64,000 nt of DNA, taken from Dudresnaya verticillata (Eukaryota). Within the stretch, counting starts at the first letter, position 1. Each line of letters begins with the position of its first letter. Under the pieces are notes generated by a model. It did not search any database. It was given only the letters and a program-made list of their open reading frames with translations, and was not told the DNA's origin. Below are positions 9,808-21,895 of this stretch, in pieces. Location: contig OZ374558.1 of the NCBI GenBank assembly GCA_977862235.1, positions 3,410,001-3,474,000 on the forward strand, read 5' to 3'. The position numbers and the translations under genes were made by a program.

Positions 9808-11853
9808 ATGCCGACCACCGCCTCACCCGCGCCCGACCCCGCGCCCGCCGCGCCCGCCGCGGCGCAGGCATGCACCGCCCAAGCCCCGACAAAGCGCCCT
9901 GCCTCCCCGCCGCCGCACCACTCGCCCACGCCGGTCGCCACGCTCTCGCACCTCCCCACCACGCTGCTCCCGACCATCGCGTACGAGACCGCCACCGCGC
10001 CGGCCCGCCTCTCCACCCTGGTAATCACCAGCCACACCCCGCCGCTGTACGCGGCCATCGTCGAGTACGCCGCCCTCTCCTCGCCCTCCCCGCCCTCCGC
10101 GTCCGCCGCCTCGCCCGCCGCCGCTGCAGGCCCGCATTCCGAGCCATCCTCGCTCCCGCTGCGCGTCGACTCGTTCCTACCGCCGGACCCGGCCTCCGAC
10201 TCGGACTCGGCGTCTGAAGCAGAGCTCATGCACTTTCGCGGCCGCCGCACCAGCCGCGCGTGCCGTTTCGACATCGGCGCAAACCTCATCCCCCGTCGCC
10301 GCACGCGTAAGCGTGTGCCCGTCCCGCGCTTCACGCTCGCCTTTGGACGCTCCGTCGTTGTGTGGCCGCCCCCGCCGCATCTCACGCCCGAGGCGCTTAT
10401 TGAGCAGCGCGAGCGCGAGAGAGAACTCGCTAGGAAGAGGCATCGCGCTTCGGGTAAAACCTCGCTGTGGCAGCGTGGCAGGAAGAGCAGCGAGGACGCG
10501 CCCAATGGCGACGATCACCCAAACCACCAGGATGCTCAGATCGGTCGAGAGCCAACAGAGCCAGCTTCCAATGGCTCTGCTGATCCGCTTCCTCATGCCA
10601 AGCCTAATACTGAAGCTGCTGCTCCCGCCGAAGATGGCGACCACCGCCGCAAGCGTCGCAGAACTGAGCCCACTGCTAACGCCTCAAACAATGAGGAGAA
10701 GCCTGCCGGCGACAATGCCGAGGCCGAGGACAACAGCAAGGAACCGCACGGGGAAAGTTCCGCCACACCAGACCAGCATGACAGTGACAAACTCACACAC
10801 ACCCCAGAGCCGTCGGCAAAACCAGAGAGCACCCGGCCGCGGCAGCAGAAGAGTCTCCATGTCGTCCACTACTCAGTCGGCGACCCGGTAGCGACGCGCC
10901 ACGGCGGCATTTCAACTTTCCGCGAGCTTCTGCTCGTCTCCCCGGACGGGCCCGATGTGCTGCGCACGTTTTGCACGGAGATCCTGCAGTGGCGCGCCGA
11001 CCGCGACCACGAAGAATATGAGCACGCCGACAAGTTTGTGTTGCAGCGCTTCAAGACCGGCATGGGCGGTGGAGTGTGGAACTGCGAGGGCCTGAAGCGC
11101 GCTCGCCCGGCATCCTCGGTGATTCTCCCCGACGACCAGATGAGCACAATCTTGGACGATGTGCGCAGTTTTCTCAAACCCGAGACCAAAAAGTGGTATA
11201 TATCGCACGGCCTACCGCAACGTCGGTCCTACTTGTTCTACGGAGTCCCCGGGTCAGGCAAGACGTCGACAATTCGTGTCATCGCGTCGACCTTCCGGCT
11301 CAACTGCTGCTATCTGAGCATGACAAACCCCGACTTCAACAACCAGATGCTTGGAGACGCCCTGGCAGATCTGCCCGGCAATGCGTTGATCGTGCTGGAG
11401 GACGTGGATGCGCTGTTCAACGAGGACCGCAAAAATGCACAGGGCGGGGCACTGACGTTCTCCGGCCTACTGAACGCGCTGGACGGGCTGATTAGCGCGG
11501 AGGGCGTGATTACGATCATGACGACCAACCACTTTGAGCGACTGGATAAGGCGCTTGTTCGGGGCGGGCGTGTGGACCGGCGGTTTCACTTTGGGAAGCC
11601 GACGCCGGAGCAGATCAAGGATCTGTTCAAGTCGTTCTATCCCAACGCCGGGAAGGAGCTTTGCGCTCGGTTTTTGGAAGCGATCGTTGCGCGGCGTGAG
11701 GGCGACGAAGCACGCTCTATCGCTACGCTGCAGGAGCTGTTCATCAAGCAAAGAGAAAAATCTGGCGAGGAGTGCGTTGCCGCTATTCCCAGTTTTTACA
11801 AGGACCACTTCCCAACCGGGACGGCCGGTAAGGACGAGAACCTGTACATCTAG
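9808..11853 (+). CDS. BCS1: BCS1-like AAA+ ATPase with long low-complexity N-terminus
   Basis: Walker A YLFYGVPGSGKTS, Walker B IVLEDVDALF, BCS1-type LTFSGLLNALDG and MTTNHFERLDKALVRGGRVD. Start chosen at in-frame accATG 9808; the ORF-track extension upstream is GC-rich noise. Confidence 0.85.
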   Translation: MPTTASPAPDPAPAAPAAAQACTAQAPTKRPASPPPHHSPTPVATLSHLPTTLLPTIAYETATAPARLSTLVITSHTPPLYAAIVEYAALSSPSPPSASAASPAAAAGPHSEPSSLPLRVDSFLPPDPASDSDSASEAELMHFRGRRTSRACRFDIGANLIPRRRTRKRVPVPRFTLAFGRSVVVWPPPPHLTPEALIEQRERERELARKRHRASGKTSLWQRGRKSSEDAPNGDDHPNHQDAQIGREPTEPASNGSADPLPHAKPNTEAAAPAEDGDHRRKRRRTEPTANASNNEEKPAGDNAEAEDNSKEPHGESSATPDQHDSDKLTHTPEPSAKPESTRPRQQKSLHVVHYSVGDPVATRHGGISTFRELLLVSPDGPDVLRTFCTEILQWRADRDHEEYEHADKFVLQRFKTGMGGGVWNCEGLKRARPASSVILPDDQMSTILDDVRSFLKPETKKWYISHGLPQRRSYLFYGVPGSGKTSTIRVIASTFRLNCCYLSMTNPDFNNQMLGDALADLPGNALIVLEDVDALFNEDRKNAQGGALTFSGLLNALDGLISAEGVITIMTTNHFERLDKALVRGGRVDRRFHFGKPTPEQIKDLFKSFYPNAGKELCARFLEAIVARREGDEARSIATLQELFIKQREKSGEECVAAIPSFYKDHFPTGTAGKDENLYI

Positions 11854-13610
11854 AATACAACGGCACCCTTCCCACCGTGTTCAAAACTAGTGTTCATATG
11901 TAGTCGTACTTGAAGATACAAGACATCGCCCAAATGGTGTTAGGAAGATTGTGAGATCTCCAGTGCTCCGGTGTAGCGTGGCTGGCTGTCAACGGTAGTT
12001 GAGTTGACCAAAAAGCGTTTGTAGTAATAAGAGTCAAAGCTATGTTTTTTTGTTCTCAGGCAGTAACAGCGCAGAGCCTGTATGCCCCTACACACCCTCG
12101 CGCAAAATCGGTCCTCGTCGTTCTCTTCGTCCGGAAGAGTATTAAGCAGGATTGCATGATACTTGTGGAAAGTTCCGCTTGGCATAGTCAGCACCTTTCG
12201 GGTAGAGTTGCCAAACAGATTGGCTGAATACTTATGACGTGCTACATCTTACGTGGTACAAGCAGCTGCGGGGAACGGAACTTTATAACGTCGGCAGCTA
12301 GTCCCGATTCCTCGTTGCGATATCTCTTTTCAATCTTGCATCAGTCCTTGCAAAGAATCTTCCAATGTTCCAAAGATCCGCTCCGGAAACTTCGTTCGTG
12401 CGGCTACACAGGAAATCAAAAGAGTCACGTGCTTCTGTATGTATCGCCGGCTGAGGGGAGGTTGTCATCGGAGCTTTGCAACGCTCTGCTGAAGGAAAGC
12501 GAAAGGCCAACAAGAAGCAGATCGGCGAAGGAACTTTTCCTGTGGTGCGACGTGCGCTGCCTCACACTGCCTATGCTATTTCATCGCATTGTAATAAAAG
12601 AAAAGTACGCTGGCTTTGTTGTGGCGCGTGTTGTCGGCAGCAGGGCGAGCAACAGAATATTGAACTGATTGCGAGGCCATACAGGTATGTACAATAACAT
12701 CTTTCCTGAACCTTCCGTCATAGACGTTGGCGTTGGAGGCAACTATGTTTTGCTCCTTTGGTCCCTTTGATTTGTCGGCCCCTTTGTCGATTCAACTTTG
12801 CGACTTTGCAATTTGATCCAATGCATCTCAACAGCCATCCGCTACCTAATCGTCAGTGCACTGCAAATGCAATCAAAAATGGAACTCGTTGTGCTCCCAG
12901 ATTTGCAGTGCACTAAGAAAGAATGGAGCCTGTGGTAACAACTACGGTCGAAGAGGTGGACATCAACGAAAGATCCTGCTTGTGGAGACGCTTGATCGTC
13001 GAAACGTCAGTGCTGCTATCATAGAAGCAAGTCTAGGGGCTTTTAGATCTTGCTACTGTACAAATCGTTTGCGGGATATGCTTGCTGCCTGGATTACAGA
13101 GAGTTGGCAGGCGGGTGACGTTTCCCGGGTTGAGCATTAGGACTTGAGGGCTTGCCCTGCAAGAATCAATATTGATGTATTGAAGCCGGGATGCACAGTT
13201 TGATGTCGCCTTTGAAATCCGCTGGCAGCAGCTTGGCCGAGCATTTGGCAGTACCCGTCTCTGGTTTCATTGCTGATGTCATCGAGAAACACGCTTGACG
13301 ATTCCGGCCGATTCTCGAGAGTGTTCTGCAAGATGTATCGGCAAAGATAGCAGCAATTGCGGTTTAATTTGGAACAAGAAGAGGATAACAAAGAAATCTT
13401 GTATCCAACTAATCTGCTGTACGGAAACGGTGCGGCTGCCTGCGGTCCGAGGGTCAGTATATAACGACCTTCGTTTTGTTTCTTCTCGTCTTCGAAGAGT
13501 AAAAGAGCAATTTCAGACTCCGCACACCAAACCACTCAGATTCCTCACTCTCTCGATCGAAGCTCCTGTGATCCGTTCCCATATTGAAACCAAGACACTA
13601 CAACACCAGC

Positions 13611-14387
13611 ATGAAGGTTTTCGTTATTTTTGTTGCTCTCGTCATCGTGGGTCTGAGCTCCTTCTTCGGAGCTTCTGCAAGTCCTGTGAAAATGGCTCCT
13701 GCTCATGGGAAGAATGTATCTACGGCTAGCAAACTAATGACGAAATTAAAGCTCCCTGGTTCCACCACCAGGGACGATGACGATGACGATGACGATGAAG
13801 ATGAAGATGAAGATGAAGATGAAGATGAATATGACGACGACGGTGACGACGACGACGGCGACGATGAGTTTGAATGCCCCGAGGACTTACACTTCGCCTT
13901 TGAATGCAAATGTTATTTTTCTAGGGAAGGAATCATCCAACTTCAAAGCTTCGACGAGCCCACTTGTAATGCTCGCGCTGCAGCTCTCGCCAACGATTCA
14001 GATCTAAGTGAGGCGATCGAAAAAGATTGCACCAGCGTTTGGGAGAATCCCAATGATCTTCTTTCATTTCAGGTTGCAAATCCTCGCACAGATGAAGTGT
14101 TTGCGCAATGTCCAGAGACCCTTGAAGCTCTCTGTCCGGGTGGGAGTTTCAAGCTCCCCACCTGCACGTGTTTCCTAATTTTCAAGGGGCTCATCCCGCC
14201 GGGCTCTTTTCTCGGGGCATGTCCAGACTTCACGTCAATGGACGATGATGCACTAGAAGACATTGAGGAAAGCTGTGAGACATTTGCCGCCTTCAAGGAC
14301 TTCTTTGGGTCTTTCTCAGGAATTGTAATCCGTCAATGCATTCAGAATAATGTTCAATCCTGCTGTTCTGCTTTTATCGATCGCTAA
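13611..14387 (+). CDS. Secreted Cys-rich protein with poly-Asp/Glu tract
   Basis: Signal peptide MKVFVIFVALVIVGLSSFFGASA, about 30-residue D/E run, two internal Cys repeats (CP..C.C[YF]....G[IL]I...C...IE..C), C-terminal CC. Confidence 0.85.
   Translation: MKVFVIFVALVIVGLSSFFGASASPVKMAPAHGKNVSTASKLMTKLKLPGSTTRDDDDDDDDEDEDEDEDEDEYDDDGDDDDGDDEFECPEDLHFAFECKCYFSREGIIQLQSFDEPTCNARAAALANDSDLSEAIEKDCTSVWENPNDLLSFQVANPRTDEVFAQCPETLEALCPGGSFKLPTCTCFLIFKGLIPPGSFLGACPDFTSMDDDALEDIEESCETFAAFKDFFGSFSGIVIRQCIQNNVQSCCSAFIDR
13773..13869 (+). repeat. Coding GAT/GAC/GAA trinucleotide repeat
   Basis: gacgatgacgat...gaagatgaagat...gacgacgac run seen directly. Confidence 0.9.
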
Positions 14388-16720
14388 GGTTGTACCTTAA
14401 GGTTGTTTCTCTTTTCTTTAAAGGTCTGCATCCCTATCACCGAGGTTGTAAGTGTGCTTTCTTGAAAATACGGGGTTAAAGCTGAAAAGTATAAAAGGAT
14501 GAGATTATAGTTTTTCTCAACTTGACCTCGCTTGCATAAAGGGGGTGTACTTGTAGCCGCCGTTCTCCTCCTTACTGTTTGGGATTTGTATCACCTCTAT
14601 TTTTCCCGTAGTCAAGCTCATTCCCCAAAATACAACTGTTGAGTCTTGGCTGTTTGACCCTAGTCTCAGGTAGGTCCTTGTGTAGACGGGGCGACTTAGC
14701 GCCCTTCGAACCCTACCATAAAGTTCCCCCATCTCTTGACCCTAGTGTAGGTCTCCTTTCCATCATTGTTTTCAACTGCAGTGATATCGGTTCGTCAGTT
14801 TTTGCTCCGAGATGTGCGGTTGCCAATTTCAGCCCCATTATGTCGAGGCTATTTTGTAAATCGCGAAGTCACTATGTTTTTCGTTTGTGGCAACCATTGC
14901 CAAGGTAAGTCTGATAGATTTCTTATGTACGAATTGCAGATTGAAGTAGATAACGTACATGCATGCTTCAGAGAGAATAGAAGAGGTCAAGATTGCTTGA
15001 TTGGCTATCCAAGTAGTTCTTTCGTATCTCACATCCGCTATTTCTCATTTTATGTTGGCTCGAATGGATTACCACAGCCACCAAGTAAAGGCACTATACA
15101 AGATGAGCAGTTGAATAATGTGTAACCAGAGCAATTCAATAACGAAGCCCTGCGTGGGCAAGTGGGGGACTTTTCCCCCATTTTGAAACCCCAATGAATC
15201 TAACGAGTGGGACAAGGGGAAGAACACTTTAATCAAAAGGAAATTCAATCCCCGGGCGGGTACACAACGACGTATGTCAAGAGCAAACATTAATAACCTG
15301 TAGCATGCCATGATTGAATTCTACTGCGACATGTGAGGGAACTGGCGAAGTAAGGTGAATGAGAAGGATGCATTTCTCAGAGTAGAAAACGTACCCGTTC
15401 GAACGACAGCAGAGGAAAATATGCAATTGCGCTAAAGCCTTGGTTCAAACCCTGTGCCAATCGCTCCTCAGATATCGATAACAATGCGGTGGAACTCAAA
15501 GGCTTCTTACTCACAGAGACGACGACAGAGGCGCACCTTGGTTTCTCGCGAGCGAGGATTGCAGCGTTCTGCACAGAACGAGATATGGAAGAGCGTCGAT
15601 GAGGTTCAAACGGCAGATAACCCTAAGCACTTGCATCCACCGTGATGATAGTATTTCTTGTTTGCCACATACTGTAGTTACGTCTTTCTCTATTTACTTG
15701 ACGATAAGAGGCGCCTCGCCACCTTGCCGATAATGATGGGATTTGTTTGGGGAAGAGATAGGGAGGCCTACCGGAAACAGGGCCACGGAGCAGAAAAAAG
15801 CTCACAAAGCTCTGTCCAAAAACTACTCTCTTTCATTCTAGGATCTTTGAGGATTGTTGCCAATAGGTTTTACCTTTTACTTGCTTTAATTGCTCTCATT
15901 CCACATCTGTTTCACCGCTAGCTGGCCATATTCGTACTGGGAAATCTCAGACAGATCCTGCCTTGAACACAAGCCAGTTTAGAGTCTAGATGGGAAGCAA
16001 TATAGAGTAGAATGCTCAAAGTCGGGCCTTGGGATTTTCATTGTGGAGCAAAGTCAGATCGGAGACGGGCATCTTCGTTGCTGCCAGCAATTACCAAGCG
16101 CTGGCAAAATATTTTGAGTCAGTTTTCTAACCCTCAATGATGGCCTGTCGTAGTTTTCGACAAAAGGAGATTCCTGAGAGGATTTAGCATCTTGATGGTT
16201 TTCCAGCTGGTGAAACCCTTGGCGATCTGTCAGACCACAATGTGAAGGAAAGAGTTTTGCTTTCGACATCGTCAGCATCGAAAAGTTTCAGACTGAACTC
16301 ATCTATGGGAAAAGGCGAAAATCACACCAAAGACTGCAAAGAGTAGGAGAATGAATGACACAAATCCCGTTGCCTTGTTTCAAACACTCAGATTGGGGTA
16401 CCTTCTCCGCTTCCCTTGACCGCCATTTCCAAGTGAAATACGACCCAAGATCTTGACGCAGGTCTACAGAAGGATGCTTCATCTGGCAAAACAGAAAGCG
16501 TCGCACAAATGATGCTGAGCGAGAATTGTGTTTGTATACCATACCTACCCGTGCTCGTGTGCAGGAAGTTCGTAGTCTCCTGCTACGTAAGGATTAACAA
16601 AATATAATAACGCTGTTCGCAAAGACAACCAAGTTTTTCTCTTTGTTCACCAGGCTGAAACAATCGCAGCATCTTTTAAGTCTCTGCTACTCCAACCCTC
16701 CAGAACAGGTGCCAAGAGAG

Positions 16721-16800
16721 AGAGGGAGACTTCTGCATTCAAGAATCTGTCAACTATTCTCTTAGAGGGAGACTTCCATATTCAAGAATCTGTCAATTAT
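16721..16800. repeat. 43-bp-period tandem duplication
   Basis: agagggagacttc..attcaagaatctgtcaa.tat at 16721 and 16764. Confidence 0.85.
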
Positions 16801-16831
16801 CTACGCATTGCATAATCCCAAGTCCTCTAAG

Positions 16832-17560
16832 ATGAAGATATCTTCTATGCTCCTGGCTATGTTTGCTGCAGCTGATTTTTCTCTTGCCGGCATCAGGAAG
16901 TGTGGCTGAGAGTAAGTTTATTCTTAGAATGTTCGGGAAATGGTTCAGGTTCACTGTTCGAAAGGCCCCCGGTTTACCAGTCTCTGGAAATTCCATGCCA
17001 ACAGCCAACACCTCCAGGTTCGGTAAGCACTTCAAATGCCCCAGAGACCTCTTCTTTGCATTTGATTGTCGATGCTATTTGGCAAGGAAGGGCGTATTTG
17101 AGCCAATCCCAGCATTTGAGAAGCCCATTTGCGATACTCGAGCAGCAGATATTGCAAAGCAACCATAGCGTTGTCGGAAGATTGCCAGGTCATGCAACAA
17201 AGTATACGACTCGAACGAAATGGTTTTTTCAACCCAAATGGGAATTTCTCGCACTGACGAGGTCCTGGCCAAGTATCCAAGAACCTTGAATCTCGTTTGC
17301 CCGCGCAGAGGTGGGTATCATTTGTCCTAGTGCTTCTGCCTCTTAATCTTCAAGGGAGTCCTACCGAAGGATGTTCGCAAGAATGGCGTCTGTGTTAGGG
17401 ATTTTGCTAATCTAAGTAGAAGAGGGTCGCACCGTGTCGAACGTCGCTGTTCTCGATTCGAACGTTTCCAGGCTTCAACAAAACGTTCGGTGGTACTATG
17501 GTTTGTAACTACGTATTTAATGACGCACAGAACTGTTGCGATTATATCATAGCGATGCCC
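16832..17560 (+). pseudogene. Pseudogene paralog of the 13611-14387 secreted Cys-rich gene
   Basis: FKCPRDLFFAFDCRCYLARKG matches FECPEDLHFAFECKCYFSREG; CFCLLIFKGVLP matches CTCFLIFKGLIP; AQNCC matches VQSCC. Frameshift in the signal peptide and stops at about 17166 and 17328. Confidence 0.8.
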
Positions 17561-18525
17561 TTGAGCAACTTCCCGGAGTGGAGATAACTCCGATTCCAGA
17601 GTCCGAACAGTACTTCGGAACGATGTAGAGGTTCTCAGCTCTTTTTGCTTCGGTCCAATCTCGCTAGAGCTATGCTTTTGAAAGATTGGTTTGTTTAGTC
17701 TTAAAATTCTTCCTTTTCTCACTCAAAGGAGCCTCCGCTCTCATTTCCCTATTTTAGGCTTTTGCTCATCTCCGACAGGATTTTTCGCATCTAGAAGTTT
17801 GTAGATACAAGTAATATCAGAGATGTTTTTTCTTTAGCAGAGACTTGTTAGAAAGCAAGATGACCGTCTAAGCAACACATTGTCCGCTACGGCTGTTAGA
17901 GAAGGAGGTCGTGCTGAAAATGAATCAAGTCATCACATGAGTAGGGGCAGATGCCATAAAAGACGCTGTACTGTATCGCTAGCATTTACTATTAGCATTC
18001 AGCGATATCAACTGCACTTGATCTACAAATCGACAACGTAGGTTTCGTAGAGAATCAGCGGGTTAAGAGTACAAAAAAGGCGGAAGCTGGGTGATCCAGT
18101 GAAAGAAAAAGGCATCTGTATCGAAGAACGAAGTGGTCCGCGAGCCAACTGTGGTACACCAACTCGCAAGAAGCCAAACAATGTAGAAGAACCGGTACTA
18201 CGGACTAGTTGTTTTGGATACGCTTCGGGAATACTGATTCCGTAATCAGTTGACCACCTCTAGAGAACTTCTCAACACTTGCAGCAGTGCAGCTTTGCAT
18301 TTGTGGCTGAACGAATGCTTATCATTCAGCGCATAGGCAATATCTTAGAGCAAGTCAATCCATTGTGATAAATTGTATTTCTGAAAAGGAAATGACTACT
18401 TTTATTGTTGCAGAAGAAGAGTAGTCGAATGCAATGACTAACAACAAACAGCAAGAATGCTCAACAGAAATGATGGACACGAAGGAAGGACTTGAAGTCG
18501 AGAAAGATGAAGGGTGGGTGGGCGG

Positions 18526-18803
18526 GAGAACGAAGGAAAGAACTTAGGGGAGACGGAGGGGTTGTCTAAGCTGGACTGTAGTTCTTATATCCCCTCCAGA
18601 GCCTCTAAATTTGGTAACACCATATGGTTCAGCCCCAAACAGTGCAGTGCCAAATATAGTGCTAAACGTTGCACAGACCCGTAGAAACCCCTTTCGGGGA
18701 GAAGTTGTATAGGGTTGTTGCTGCTTCAGGACGCTCGGCAGGGCTCGCTATCCCCAGTAAGGTCTTTTCACCAGTGTAGACGCATCGAGACACAAACTGA
18801 AAA
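18526..18803 (-). repeat. 3' direct repeat of YR retrotransposon
   Basis: Matches 22496-22773 with about 4 substitutions by eye. Confidence 0.95.
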
Positions 18804-18827
18804 TCCGAAACCGTAACGAAGTGCAGC

Positions 18828-20105
18828 TTATTGAGGGGGCGGGATCCGCGGACCGGATGAGTCCAAGAGAGACCAGAAATAGTGACCCATTTCCGTTGAC
18901 AGGTGAAGCCTTGAATCATAATAGACGTTGACGACCATATGGCTGTTGCGCCACCCTCCTCTCTGCGTGATGCGGGCTAATGGAACATTGAGTAATATAA
19001 GAGCGGTGACGCAGCCGCTTCGTAAGCTGTGCGATGAGTAAGAGGCGAATGGAGGAGGAATGACTTGCAAGGCTTCGAGACAGGCCTGAAGTGCAGTAGT
19101 GACGAGCTGCGGCCGTAGTTCCGTATGTGCAAAGGTCCAATAGAGTTCTTCCGGGCTGCTGCGTGCCGTTCGGCGTTGGAAATAGCGCCACTGTAGTGCC
19201 AATGGATTACGGACGGAGAACCGGAGAGGTCGATGCCGGCACGTGAGGTCACACGCCCCAACACCACGTACGAGGCGTCCCTTGAGAGAGCGCGGGCGCG
19301 CAAAGAGCATGAGAAAGCCAATATTGCCGCAGGAACTGGAGGTGGAGCTCATCGAAACGTTCTGTAGCTGAACAGTGCGGACGGTATTCTCTCGCCATGC
19401 CATCACATATTGAAACTTATTAAGCGCAGCATAGTACTCGATAAGAGACCCTTCAGTTGCTCGCAGGCCCAAGGTACGAATCTGAGCCACGATGGAAGCA
19501 AGAATAGCCGCCCGAACGTCTTGTAATCCACCGCGTTGATCGTCCTGGTGTCTAAAGGCCCGTATCAGGTCCGTGTGATGGTTTCCAGAGAAGGGGTCAT
19601 CAAGACCTTCGCGGAGATGTCGAGTGCGGACGGCCGAAATGTAATGATCGACAGAGCGGCCGTGTACTCGATCTTCCTCGAACAAGAACCCAATGTAGGC
19701 AAGAGCAGTTCCTTGTGCGGCGGGCAGTGCACTGTGGCCGTTTCGTTCGCAGTAGCTGGCGAACTTGTTCCACTGACTTGTCTTAGAACGATCTGTAGTT
19801 TCTGAAATGCAGTGTCTCCCAAGCCTTAGGGTTGCCCGCCCGGATGAAGTCGGAGGGATGACAGAGGAAATACGGCGCTGCAGTGCCTGTCCGGTTGTTT
19901 CCCTACTTCGGCCAACAGAAGAGCCCAGGCGGGGTTCGCGCGTGGTGAGGTGAAGAGGGGCACCTCCGCGCCTGGAGCGATGACTCGTTCGTTGCGCGAG
20001 AGCCGCCTCAAGGTTCCGAACCATGGTGCTCCGGTCCAATACGGCACCACGATGACGCCATGGGCCCCCTCGTTCTCGATCTTGCATAGCGTGGCCCAGA
20101 TCCAC
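18828..20105 (-). CDS. Tyrosine recombinase of DIRS/PAT-like element (true start uncertain)
   Basis: N-terminal binding domain SQWNKFASYC...YISAVRTRH; catalytic AWR, HSLRSG and GGWRNSHMVVNVYY motifs. Confidence 0.9.
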   Translation of the reverse strand: MDLGHAMQDRERGGPWRHRGAVLDRSTMVRNLEAALAQRTSHRSRRGGAPLHLTTREPRLGSSVGRSRETTGQALQRRISSVIPPTSSGRATLRLGRHCISETTDRSKTSQWNKFASYCERNGHSALPAAQGTALAYIGFLFEEDRVHGRSVDHYISAVRTRHLREGLDDPFSGNHHTDLIRAFRHQDDQRGGLQDVRAAILASIVAQIRTLGLRATEGSLIEYYAALNKFQYVMAWRENTVRTVQLQNVSMSSTSSSCGNIGFLMLFARPRSLKGRLVRGVGACDLTCRHRPLRFSVRNPLALQWRYFQRRTARSSPEELYWTFAHTELRPQLVTTALQACLEALQVIPPPFASYSSHSLRSGCVTALILLNVPLARITQRGGWRNSHMVVNVYYDSRLHLSTEMGHYFWSLLDSSGPRIPPPQ

Positions 20106-21895
20106 GGAGGCGGGGATTCCACAGCCGACTGCGTCCGTCGCCCCAATGCTCGTCGAACTGTGCCATTATTACTCGACGGCGGGCGGCAGGAGCCTCGCCC
20201 AAGGGCCAAAAGCGTCGCACGGTTTGCAGTTGTAGTGAAGTGGCGACGGATTCCAGCAACCATTTCGTCGCTGCTAGGTCTCTGGGATTCCAGGTTCTGC
20301 TCAGTGTGTCGGCGTGCTTGTTGAGAGCCGACGGTAACCAACTGGCTCGGATTGTCACCTTCATCGTGATCAGGACTTGGTGTAGACGACGGAGCTCCTG
20401 CATTAGCTCTTTGTTCGCTGACACCATATTGGATAGGATATGGAAAACTCCCATATTGTCTACGTGCAAGAGGAGGATTGAGTCATCCCCAGAGAGACGT
20501 GCCTGAATCAGAGAGTCCTCCAACGCCAGCCGGACTGCAACTAGCTCGCGGAGGGTGATGGACCGTAGGCGCAAAAAGGGTGACCACGTACCTTGCACGG
20601 AGAGTTCGCCGGGTGCACCGGCGTCCATGTCTCGACCCAGGGTGCCTCCATATCCGACGTCTGCGGCATCCGTATGGAGGCACCACGATGGCTTTCCACC
20701 GCCAATGAGTCGCCCATCGCCCTGCAGCATAGTCTTCCACGTTTGCAGGTCCCTCATCCCGGCGTGGGATAACTTGACGGTCTTCTCGGGGTATCTGCCT
20801 CGCCGCGGGGCATCCCCTTTGAGAGCGTCGTACAGACTTCTTGTAAAAAACCGGGCTAAGGGAAGAGGAATCAGCTGGGAGACCGCGCGACCGCAGAAGC
20901 TTGATAAGAGAGACTCCCGTACCCAGCGACTGCGCTGACGGCTCGTAAGCAAAAGGGCAGAAGCCATCTCGTGTAGCGTTTCCAGTTTCGAAGGCGTTAC
21001 GAAGTATCGAAACTGTATCCAGTTTCGAAGGCGTTACGAAGTATCGAAACTGTACGGTATCTATGATGAGGCCCAGGTGCTCTAGTTCCGTAGCCCCTGT
21101 TCCCCAGATGCCTTTGTCCGGGTGCCGTACCAAACCGAGGGATCCAAAAAGTACGTCTAAGTCCCTGGAAACTTGGCGACACTCTTGTGCGGTACTGGGT
21201 CTACTTCCATCCCCAGGAGCCAAAAGATGATCGTCTAGCCAGACAAGCACTCTCAGGCCCAAGGAGCACCGTAAGTAGCGAGTGAGAGGGCTGAGAACTT
21301 TGACGAACCAGAATGGCGAAGCGGTCCATCCAAACGGCAAGGCTATAAAGCGGTAGTATTTGCCATCGTAGCGGAAAAGGAACCAATCCCACATGCGCGA
21401 GTGGAGGGCTATATGCCGATAACCACAGGACCAGTCGAAGGACAACAAACGGTCCCCTTTGCACAGACAGGCTCCAAAGGCTGAAAGGGTTTCCATCTTG
21501 ACCGATTTCTTGTCCCAGTGCTGGCTCTGTTCCTTCAGGTTTATTATAAACCTTGGTTTGCCGTTCTGCCATGTCACAAATGCACTTGAGACGAGGGCCC
21601 CGCGACGGACACAACTTTGTGCATGTTCGGCACTGACCTGCTGGTAAGTACCAACGCAGCAACCCTCTGCCAGCTCCTTTCTCGCAAATGAAAGGTCTTC
21701 TGATGGCTGGGGGATCTCGGGAAGAATCCGCCCATGCAAAAATGGTCGCTGAGGAAGGTCCCATACTCCGAGCTGTAGAATTCGGATGACGAAGGGAGTC
21801 GCGCCGATCCGTTTCCAGTTCTGCGCATTTCGTGGTGTGCCGGCCCACCGAGCTCGGCGCCAGGTGGACGGCATGGAGTGGTGATCGAGGACCAT
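19826..21895 (-). pseudogene. RT - RNase H - adenine methyltransferase polyprotein of the YR element, two frameshifts
   Basis: RT motifs PRFIINLK, FDWSCGYRHI, ALPFGW and VWLDD; RNase H LHTDAA, LRELVAV, HVDN, NKHADTLSR; MT WNP/PPW...VVPYWTGAPWF. Split by a 37-bp duplication (20981-21054) and a 1-bp loss near 20112. Confidence 0.88.
20981..21054. repeat. Perfect 37-bp tandem duplication causing frameshift
   Basis: tccagtttcgaaggcgttacgaagtatcgaaactgta x2. Confidence 0.95.

Noticed and set aside
11940..13550. Short ORFs between BCS1 and the acidic secreted gene (similar cases at 14500-16600, 17600-18500, 52600-54300 and 63450-64000)
   Set aside because: No recognisable motifs or long frames; probably intergenic or heavily decayed sequence.
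18853..18880. Hammerhead-like string CGGATGAGTCCAAGAGAGACCAGAAA
   Set aside because: The core should be CUGANGA with GAAA directly after stem II; both fail, and it is antisense to YR codons.
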